DNA of 63,913 bases, the filler included, from Octopus bimaculoides (taxonomy: Eukaryota), in NCBI RefSeq assembly GCF_001194135.2. It is 7 parts of 7 records of this genome, joined end to end, with 100 filler letters (N's around TTAATTAATTAA, not from the genome) between each part and the next. Parts side by side here need not be neighbours in the genome. Positions count along the whole stretch, not along the records: positions 53,009 to 55,363 come from NC_069003.1; positions 55,464 to 62,392 come from NC_069009.1; positions 62,493 to 63,913 come from NW_026405368.1; 4 more parts are not named here. One strand, given 5' to 3'. The notes under the pieces were generated by a model that was not told the origin of the DNA, ran no database searches, and worked only from the letters and a program-made list of their open reading frames with translations. The position numbers and the translations under genes are program-made. How positions within the stretch are numbered: position 1 is the stretch's first letter; the number at the start of each line of letters is the position of its first letter. Positions 54,479-63,913 of this stretch are shown here, piece after piece.

Positions 54479-55466
54479 CACGCTCACAGTCACGTATGCG
54501 CATTCAGACATCTTCACAGATGTTACACGTCTATCTATCTATCTATCTATCTATCTGTCTGTCTAATATACACACACTCCCATTTTATTATGTGTGTGTT
54601 TGTGTGAGTGCGTGATTGTATGCGTGTCTGTGTGTGCGTGTATATAAACCCACATAGATATGTGTAAAATACACACTCACACATACACTCACACATATAC
54701 ATCTACACACACAGACATATATTTTACAAGCAATTCTGTACAATCTATAAGAACGGGATCGGGTACGATAGGAACAGGAGAATGCATTTCATAAAAGAAC
54801 AGTGTATACGCATGCGCGTGTACGTATCAATCTGCAACCCAAGTGCGCATGTATCTGCTGCATAAGCATACGACATTCTGTCGTTCAATTGTATACGTAT
54901 GGATGTGTTTGAATCTGCGGTGCATATGTATAAACAAAATGAATGTTCAGGTGTTTCTTAACAGATGTACTTTACATTTACTTTAAGGTGTGGCATTTTG
55001 ACACAGTAAAACATCTATAAAGTATCTTTGAAAACCTTTTAAGCCCTCGCTTACACCCGTTACCCATTAAAAAAAAAACCCTACCACAGTCCACAAACCG
55101 TATTTTCTTATCGCCTATTGCTCTCTCTCTCTCTCTCTCTCTCCCCTCCCCTCTCTATATCTCTTTATCTCTTTCTCTCTTTCTCTCTCTCTCTCCTCTC
55201 TCCCCCTCTCTATCTCTCTTTCTCTCTTTCTCTCCCTCTCTTCCTACTGTTCTTTACTGCAACCAGTTTCTTTCTGGCGTTATTATTTGCCTTCTCTTAC
55301 GGAACACTCTGAACACCATCTGCATGTGTGTGTATATGTATGTATGTATGTATATATATATATNNNNNNNNNNNNNNNNNNNNNNNNNNNNNNNNNNNNN
55401 NNNNNNNTTAATTAATTAANNNNNNNNNNNNNNNNNNNNNNNNNNNNNNNNNNNNNNNNNNNNGTT

Positions 55467-55512
55467 AACACAACGTTTCGGCTGATTTACCCTCCAGCCT
55501 TCGTCAGGTGTC
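55467..55512 (-). ncRNA. Minimal type I hammerhead ribozyme, second copy
   Basis: GACAC-CUGACGA-A-GGCUG(gagggtaaat)CAGCC-GAAAC-GUU-GUGUU. Confidence 0.7.
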
Positions 55513-55569
55513 TTGGGGAAATTTTAACTCCGGGGCTTATTCTTTGTAAGCTTTGTACTTATTACATCA

Positions 55570-55862
55570 GTCTTTTTTGCTGAACCACTAAGTTACAAGG
55601 ACATGAACACACCAGCATCAGTTGTCAAGTGGTGATGCGGGACAAACACAGATACAAACACACACAAATATATATATATATATATACACACACATATGTA
55701 TACAACGGGCTTCTTTCAGTTTCTGTCTACCAAATCCACTCACAAGGCTTTGGTCAACCCAAGGCTACAGTAGAAAATACTTGCCCAAGGTACCATGCGG
55801 TGGGACTGAACCAAGATCCATGTGGCTGGGAAGCAAACTTCTTTACTGCACAACTGTGTCTA
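55570..55862 (-). mobile_element. SINE family A
   Basis: Colinear head, internal microsatellite and 3' body. Confidence 0.88.
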
Positions 55863-56107
55863 TAGATAGGTGTATTCAAGAAGATACATCACTGACCAAA
55901 TAAAACCTTCTTAAGAAATGTCCAATCAGCCAGGTAAGAATATATATGACCGTGTGTGTGTGTGTCTATACAGACACACACTCACGTGCATGCACAGACA
56001 CATACATATACACATGTATAAACAAATAGATAGATAGACAGAAACATTTATATATATATATATATATATGCACACATACTCACATGCATGTATATATAAA
56101 CACTAAC

Positions 56108-56140
<33 letters not shown>

Positions 56141-56250
56141 AGTCAGTAAATATGTTATATATATACTAATGTGTTATATATATACTAATTTCTGTAGTTG
56201 TGTTGATAAATATACATACATACATATATGTATATATATTTATATATGCT

Positions 56251-56287
<37 letters not shown>

Positions 56288-56469
56288 TAATTTCTGTAGT
56301 TGTGTTGATAAATATACATACATACATACATATATGTATATATATTTATATATGCTTATATATATATATATATATATATATATANNNNNNNNNNNNNNNN
56401 NNNNNNNNNNNNNNNNNNNNNNNNNNNNNNNNNNNNNNNNNNNNNNNNNNNNNNNNNNNNNNNNNNNNN

Positions 56470-56502
<33 letters not shown>

Positions 56503-56569
56503 CACACATTCATATACACTCACATGCATGTATGCACGCAGACATACATCCACACATTCATATCCAAAT

Positions 56570-56600
<31 letters not shown>

Positions 56601-56859
56601 CAAATACACACACAAATATACACACACATGTACACACAGACACACATGAAACCTGTAGCTAAAATAACTGAGCTTTAGACCTCCTCCCATGGGATATCAA
56701 AGTGAGTGACTTATTCCATACCGAAGTAATCTGCCTTTAATGCTTCTGAAATGATCTGTGACACACAGACAGAGGGGTGGTGGTCGCGGTGGGGTGGCAG
56801 TCATCGTGGTTGTCGTGGTGGTGGAACAGTTGTCTTTTGTTGTTCTTGTTGCTACCGTT

Positions 56860-57075
56860 TGTCTCAAGGTTAAGCTTGATTGAGCCGATGATCTATGTTT
56901 AAAGGCAATCCTGACATGGCCATCACGTTTGGTTTATTATAAAGGCACAGTGTATCTAGGAATGGCGCTGTTGTGTTGTCTAATGTCTTTTGTTTCTTGG
57001 GCAGAGTAAGGCTGGATTTGATGAAATTTTACCTGCTATTTCTAGCGAGTTGATCAACCACTGGTAGCCTCCCTC
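56860..57075 (-). mobile_element. Family G copy
   Basis: AAAGGCAATCC...CACAGTGTATCTAGGA...CTGCTATTTCTAGC. Confidence 0.6.
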
Positions 57076-57079
57076 ATTT

Positions 57080-57431
57080 ACTTCAGAGAGAGAGAGGGGA
57101 GGAAGAGAGGGAGACTGAGAGAGAGAGGGAGACTGAGAGAGAGAGGGCGTAGGAGAGAGACAGAGAGAGGGAAGGAAGACTTAGAGAAGAACATGAGAGG
57201 GAGGGGGACTCTAAAAGAGAGGCGAGGAAATCTGAAAGTGAAAGTGAGACTAAAGAGAGAGAGGAAAAGACTGAGAGTTGAGGAGAGAGTAGAGAGAGAG
57301 AGGGAGAGACAGAGAAAAAGTGTGGGAGAGGAGCACAATAGAAGGGAGAAAAAGAGTGAAAGAGAAATAGTGAAAGAGTTAGTGAGAAGGAAGAAAGAAA
57401 GGAAAAAAGAGGAGGAGAAGCAAAGTGAAAA

Positions 57432-57502
<71 letters not shown>

Positions 57503-57553
57503 GAGTATGAGGGGTTTAGTTCACCAGAATTGGCATTCCGTTAGGTTCAAAGT

Positions 57554-57611
<58 letters not shown>

Positions 57612-57717
57612 TAAAGAAGGAAAAGAGTGACACGTAGGTAGATAGAAAGATAGATAGATAGTTTCATTGATAGAGAGATAGATAAATAAACAGATATAGA
57701 GAGAAAGATAGCTTGAC

Positions 57718-57778
<61 letters not shown>

Positions 57779-57936
57779 AATGGAAACAATAAGAGGGAAG
57801 CAAAAGAGAGGATGATAGCAATAGGGAAAAAGCAAGAGGGAGAGAGAGTGGGAGAGAGAGAAAGAAAAGGAGAGAGAGGGAGGAAAGACAGGGCAGATGG
57901 GGCACAGAACTGTGAGAAGTGATAAGAGAAAGATAG

Positions 57937-58015
<79 letters not shown>

Positions 58016-58403
58016 GAGAGACGGAAGGGTAGATAAAGAAAAAGAATGATATAGTATAGTGGGTGTGTCAGAAGTGCTGGGGTATGGGTGGAGCAAGGGA
58101 TGATTGATGGGAGGGGATAGGGAGGTGGAAGAAGGAGGACAAGAGGAAGAGGGAGGTGGAGGAAGAAAAGGAACTGAAGTAGGAGGAGGAGGAGGCGTTG
58201 TAGCTATTCACTGGAGAAGTCAGAGGGAAATCCTGTGTTTATTTTCCATTTTCCTGTTTCTGGACAGTGGAGTGGTGGCGGTGGGTGGTAGGAGGGATTG
58301 TGAGGTAGGGGTGGAGGAGACTGAGGGAAGGAGGAGGAGGAAGAAAGTGTGTGTTTGTGTGTATTCTTGTATGTGTGTGTGAGAGAGAGTTTGTGTACGT
58401 GTT

Positions 58404-58434
<31 letters not shown>

Positions 58435-59400
58435 TTGGGCATGTGCATGAAAGAGAGTTTATGTGTGTGTGTGTGTGTGTGATATGAGTGTGTGATGTGT
58501 GTAAAGTGTGAGTGTGTGATGTGTGTGTGTGTGTGTGTGTGTAATGTGTGGACGTGTGTGTGTATTTGTGTATGTGTGTATATGTGAGCATGTATGTGTT
58601 TGTATCTGTGTGGATGTGCGCGTGTGTTTCTATGTGTGTGTACGTATATCTCTATGCATGTGTATGTGTTTCTATGCATCTGTTCATCTGTGTGCTTGTG
58701 TATATGTGTGGATATTTGTATGTGTTTGTTGTGTAAGTGTATGAGTGTGTTTCTGTGTATGTGTGCATGCCTGAGAGTGTGTGTTTGCATGTGTACGTGT
58801 GAGTTTGTGTATGTATGTTTCTTTGTATGGATGTATATCTGTGTGCATGAGTGTGTGTGGGCATGTACGTATATGTGTAGAAGTGTGTGCATGTGTGTGT
58901 GTATGGATGTTTCTATATATATATATGCGTGTGTGTTTGTGTATGTCTGTTTGTCTATGTGTGTGTGTATATGGGTGTATTTGTATGTGTATGTGCTTGG
59001 GGGAGTGTAGGAGGAAGAAAGAGAGAAGAGAAGTAATCGGAATAAGAGAAAGAGGAGGGAGATAGGGAGAAGGGGGAGAAGAGAGAAAGGATGAGTGGTG
59101 GTGTGAGATAGAGAATGAACCAAGCAAGGAGAGAGGGAGTGAGTGTGAAAGAGGGAGGTAATAGAAAAATGAAGAGGATCTAAGAGAGAAAGAGAGAGAG
59201 AGTGAGGAGGAGGGGAAGAGTATAAATGAGAGGGAGTAGAGAGAGAAAGGGTAATGTTAGTGAGTAAGAGGAGTGAGAGAGAGAGACAGTGATAGAGTGA
59301 AACAGACAGAGAGGGTGAAAAAGGGAAGAAGAGGAGAGAGAGAGATAGAGAGAGATGTGTGAACATGAGAGTGGTAGTAAGGGTTGGAGGAAAGAAGTAG
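57080..59400. repeat. Long low-complexity block: GA-rich, (GATA)n and degenerate (TG)n tracts
   Basis: Direct reading. Confidence 0.9.
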
Positions 59401-59560
59401 ATGTGGTTAGTAGTTTGATCCCTAACCACATGGTTCTGGGTTCAGTTCCACTGCATGGCACCTTGAACAAGTGTCTTCTGCTATAGCCTTAGATTGCTGA
59501 CCAAAGTTTTGTGGCTTTGTGAGTGGATTTGGTAGCTGGAAGCTGAAAGAAGCCCATCAT
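59397..59560 (+). mobile_element. SINE family A, 5' half, diverged
   Basis: AACCACATGGTTCTGGGTTCAGTTCCACTGC...GAAAGAAGCCC. Confidence 0.85.
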
Positions 59561-60047
59561 ATATATATATATATAAAATATGAGTATATGCATATATATG
59601 TACATATATGTACATACCTATCTACATGTATATATAGATGCATATCTGGGTACATGACATTGCAAAAAAACATGGACAAAATGATAAACAAGGTACAAAA
59701 AACACACAGGCCACATAGAGAACATATCCTTCATCAGCTGCCACCATTATAACACTGGCGTTTCGAAGAGTTAGGGCAGAACGCATCGTTAAAATGGCTC
59801 TTCCCACAGACACAAATTAAATTTGTTCTATGGAGGATAGTGGCAGATGGAAAACAAGACAGGAAAATGAAATGGTGAAATAAACAAACAAAAAAGGCTA
59901 TACAGCCAGACATGGAAAAGTATGTGTATATTGAACGCTGTGAAGTACGAACTGGAAGGAAACGGGACGAAGAAGAATGTTCGTATGTGCTTGGTGAGGC
60001 CAAGAATGAAAAGAATTAGTACCTGGACACATGTGACCAGCGAGGGG

Positions 60048-60096
<49 letters not shown>

Positions 60097-60162
60097 GTGT
60101 GTGTGTATGTGTGTGTGTGTTTGTCCTCCAACATCGCTTGACAACTGATGCTGGTGTGTTTT

Positions 60163-60193
<31 letters not shown>

Positions 60194-60694
60194 GGAGTGA
60201 GATAGTGTGAGAGTGAGTGTATGAGACAGAGAGAGAGAGAGAGAGAGAGGGAGAGAGGCAGAAAGAGAGAAAGATAGACAGATAGAGAGACAGAAAGACA
60301 GACAGGAAAAGAGAGACAGAAATTTTGATATAGATGGAGTCATGAACATTTACTTCTGAACTACTTGGTTTTAAGTTCAGTCTTGTCCCACTGCATGGTA
60401 TCCTGAGCAAATGTCTTCGACTTTAGCTCCAACATGACCCAAGTCTTGTGAAGGAATTTAGAAAACTCATTCATATTTTGCCTGAGTCAACTATTGCTTA
60501 TATATACTTTTTCCATTTTGGTCAATCTCCATTTGCATCCCACTGCACACTGCCATTTTAAAAGTAGTCACCCATCATCTTTGAGTGCTTACTTGATGAA
60601 GTGGTATCCATAAATGTTTATATTTACTCAAAATTTAGAAAAATTTCTTTACCTGTCTGTATCATCTTAAGTGTACATGAAACTCTGAGTAATA

Positions 60695-60816
60695 CAGGGT
60701 GTCCACAAAGTCTGGGTACATGGGATTAACACATACTTTAAGAAATTATTATTTCTTATATTTGTTTATGATATGATTTTATTTACTCCATCTACCCAGA
60801 CTTTGTGGACACCCTG
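60695..60816. mobile_element. Tc1/mariner-type MITE (122 bp)
   Basis: Perfect 24-bp TIR CAGGGTGTCCACAAAGTCTGGGTA with TA target duplication on both sides. Confidence 0.92.
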
Positions 60817-60959
60817 TAGTTTGTGAAAATTTTCCAGCTTTAACAAAACAGTATATAGGTATATATACATACATATATTTCTCAAAGTAGATGAAACACA
60901 AGGAAGAGGGAGACCCCATATTCCGTAAGAGATGCCTTAAGACAGGTTCCCTTGGTGGT

Positions 60960-61132
60960 GAAAAGCACTTGTGGTGGTGCCATGTAAAACCACCCAGCAC
61001 ACTCTGTAAAGTGGGTGGCATTAGGAAAGGCAACCAGACTGTAGAAACCATTCCAAATCAGACTGGAGTCTGGTGCAACTCCCTAGCTTGCCAGCTCTGG
61101 ACATTGGACATTAAATGATGATGATGATGATG
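60960..61132 (+). mobile_element. Repeat family F 3' end with (GAT)n tail
   Basis: GGCATTAGGAAAGGCAACCAG.CTGTAGAAAC...; matches 62740-63010 reversed. Confidence 0.7.
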
Positions 61133-61219
61133 ATATATATGACCGAAAAGGTTGCAAGATGCAGCGAGAATTTTAGAAACGGTGAGTGTGTTAAGTAACA
61201 AAGGCACTAAAAGGGAATC

Positions 61220-61400
61220 TTTTCTACTCTAGGCACAAGGTCCAAAATCTTCGGGGAGGGGGCCATTCGATTAGATTGACCCCAGTACACAATTTATCGA
61301 TCCTGAAAGGATGAAAGGCAAAGTTTATCTCAGCAGAATTTGAACTCAGAACATAATACTGCTAAGCATTTCGCCAGGTATGCTAATGTTTCTGCCAGAC
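61220..61400 (-). mobile_element. SINE family B, diverged
   Basis: GGCACAAGG...GGATGAAAGGCAAAG...GAATTTGAACTCAGAAC...GCTAAGCATTTCGCC. Confidence 0.8.
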
Positions 61401-61774
61401 ACAATAATATATATATATATATATANNNNNNNNNNNNNNNNNNNNNNNNNNNNNNNNNNNNNNTCATACTTACACTGTTTTTAACATTTTCATCTTATTA
61501 TCAGAGAATGTGTGATAATCAGTATGTAACACTACAAAGCTCATACAAAGCTTTATACTTTAAATATATTCCTCTTATTATCATCAAAGAATGTATATAT
61601 GCATTTTAATACTCAAACTGTTTTTTAACATTTTCTATTATTCTCAAAGACTTTTGATAATCTTTTTCTAAAAAAGTGAAACCGGTTAAGTAAATAAATA
61701 TCTTTAAAATAAGTGCATTTTCAAACCTTCTTTCATATATATTTCCACTCGTACGGTATTCCACAACTTTACTT

Positions 61775-61811
<37 letters not shown>

Positions 61812-61865
61812 CATCATCATCATCATAATTCAACATTTAGTTTGCATACTAGCATGGAACCATAT

Positions 61866-62392
61866 TATTATTGAGTGAGAGAGCAATGCATGCCATTGAA
61901 GTGACACTGGGGTACAAATATATGAAGCTCAATATACCCATCATGATAAGGGTACACAAGGCACAGGTCTGATAAGGGTACACCAGGCACATGCATCACA
62001 GGCATATATGCGCAACATGGTGATCTCATATCAAGATAAACAACACATGACTTCACAGGTTAGAATTTTCTTCAGCTCAAGTAGCCCATCCCACTCAAAA
62101 GGTCCCTGAATAAGGTTTGTTTAAGGATGTTGAACAAAACACCCATATTTCCAAAGGTGAATTATTCAAACCCCAAAGAATTCCACTCAACACATGGCTA
62201 TGATGCTCCCCCACTACTCCTGCTCATGATCAGAGATGCACATATCGTCAGCCACCAAGGGACATGCTCAACTGGTTAAGGTCAAACAACTGACAAGCAA
62301 ATCTGTGGTATTAAGCAGAATATTTGCTGTAACCCATCTTTTATAGCAAGACAAAACAATGTACATGATAACACTTCCAATCAATTAAGATC
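61866..62392 (-). mobile_element. Family D copy with (AAT)n tail
   Basis: Reverse complement of 23455-23885 plus 24778-24925. Confidence 0.8.
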
Positions 62393-62739
62393 NNNNNNNN
62401 NNNNNNNNNNNNNNNNNNNNNNNNNNNNNNNNNNNNTTAATTAATTAANNNNNNNNNNNNNNNNNNNNNNNNNNNNNNNNNNNNNNNNNNNNTGTCCCCT
62501 CTGTGTGTAGCCCCTTGTGGGCAGTAAAGAAATAAGATGATAGTTTGTTGTATAAAGACATATGTGTTAAGTGAGGGAATTAAAAAGAATATAAATATGT
62601 AAACAAATTTCACTGCTTGTTGCCTAACCACCAACAAGGCTTGGTCCAAGTTGTTTATCAATTGAGATTATTTTCATTTCTTTTCATTTCACTTCAGTTC
62701 AGTGATCTATCTGTTTGTATATATCCTCTTCCTCCTCCT

Positions 62740-63010
62740 CCTCATCATCGTTGTTTAACGTCTGCTTTCTATGCTGGCATGGGTTGGACGATTTGACTGA
62801 GGACTGGTGGAACCCGAAGGCTACACCAGGCTCCAATCTGATTTGGCAGAGTTTCTACAGCTGGATGCCCTTCCTAACGCCAACCACTCCGAGAGTGTAG
62901 TGGGTGCTTTTTATGTGCCACCGGCACGAGGGCCAGTCAGGCAGCACTGGCATCAACTACGCTTGAATGGTGCTTTTTTACCTGCGTCGGCACGGGTGCC
63001 AATCAGGCAG
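62740..63010 (-). mobile_element. Repeat family F
   Basis: Minus: GTGGTTGGCGTTAGGAAGGGCATCCAGCTGTAGAAACTCTGCC...GACGTTAAACAACGATGATGA; two internal ~60-bp units at 62900-63010. Confidence 0.75.
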
Positions 63011-63181
63011 TACTCTCTCTATTTGCATAACTTTTGATATATTGGTCGGCTCACCTACCTACCTACCTACCTACCTACATTGTAATAATTATAATTATAA
63101 TTACAATATGACATTGTTTGGTACGTTTTGCTCATTTCTTTTCTCTCAATTCCGCAGATGTCCCACTAATGTCCCTCCATA

Positions 63182-63269
63182 ATGGATGTCTACCAGTGCC
63201 ATGAACTTGCTATGCCCCCCATTTATGAAACGGAACTGGGGCTGGTGAAGAAGATCAAAAGGGAAGCAG
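63182..63269 (+). CDS. Probable first coding segment of a host gene (exon 63158-63269): MDVYQCHELAMPPIYETELGLVKKIKREA, phase-1 donor; product not recognised, possibly a nuclear or regulatory protein
   Basis: Long polypyrimidine tract + ccgcag acceptor, CAG|gtaaga donor, in-frame stop 5' of the ATG, unbiased amino-acid composition unlike surrounding ORFs. Confidence 0.65.
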
Positions 63270-63469
63270 GTAAGAAGAAACCGCAGCTGTCTTTCCTTCT
63301 ATGTTTGTAAGTGACGTCTGTGATGCCTGTGATTTTGTGGTTGTGGTGGTTGTTCCGGTAGTGGTGTTGGTTGAAGTAGTATTGATGGTGGTGGTGGTGG
63401 TGGTTATTCAAAAGGCTAACCTTGCAATGTTCTGAGTCATAATGAATCTTTCTAAAAACTTCATTAAGT

Positions 63470-63534
63470 CTGTGGAGTTCTCAGCCTGTGGAGTTCTCAG
63501 CCCGTGGAGTACTCATGTCTGTGGAGTACTCAGT
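63470..63534. repeat. 16-17-bp minisatellite C(T/C)GTGGAGT(T/A)CTCA x4
   Basis: Direct reading. Confidence 0.9.
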
Positions 63535-63913
63535 CAACTTGTTGTAACTGACAGAGTGCCAGTAGTATATTATTTACATATGAAGAAGTGTGTATATATA
63601 TATATGTATATATGTGTATATATATGTATATATATATATATATTCAAAAAGGGATAAAACTCTTTTACAGGAATTTTATCAAGAAGTCAGTGTGTAAAAA
63701 AATTCGTACGGGAAATTTCTATTCCCAAGAATATAATTATTCGTTTATATTTATATAAAGAGCATTATTACAGAAAAATAACAACGCCACACAGTGAACT
63801 TCTCAAAATAACCACATTTAGTACCTAATGCGAGGAAAAACTACCAACAGAAGCCTACCTACTTTCTTAAGTTTATTTAAAAGAAAGTAGGTAGGCTTCT
63901 GTTGGTTGCTTTT

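Noticed and set aside
59725-59815. CTGATGA and CGAAAC on the minus strand
   Set aside because: Boxes are in an order and spacing that give no consistent three-helix junction in this copy
63470-63534. Regular short repeats as a CRISPR array (also 21199-21280, 54305-54478)
   Set aside because: Tandem units without unique spacers, no cas genes, eukaryotic context

Overview
AT-rich, gap-riddled eukaryotic genomic scaffold, dominated by microsatellites and decayed mobile DNA. The repeat families resemble those I recall from octopod cephalopods; this is an inference, not checked. Almost every ORF in the supplied track is microsatellite or N-gap translation. Supported content: two abundant tRNA-headed SINE families (A and B) plus several other interspersed repeats; fragments of RTE, L1/Tx1, R4/Dong-type (restriction-like endonuclease, RLE) and Penelope retroelements; piggyBac-, Tigger- and Tc1/mariner-type MITEs; and an 862-bp long-TIR element with a 6-bp TSD. 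One convincing host exon lies near the right end (+, 63158-63269) and appears to be a first coding exon (MDVYQCHELAMPPIYETELGLVKKIKREA) preceded by two upstream AUGs. The most interesting signal is a ~315-bp tRNA-headed element carrying a minimal type I hammerhead ribozyme (38842-38887, minus). A second copy of that ribozyme lies at 55467-55512, an unrelated hammerhead-like motif at 53421-53508, and a Penelope GIY-YIG remnant at ~50832-51060. Also notable is a 5'-inverted L1/Tx1 element with twin-priming geometry. No CRISPR array, rRNA or intact tRNA is supported. Repeat boundaries were read by eye and are approximate unless TIR/TSD or splice sites are given.
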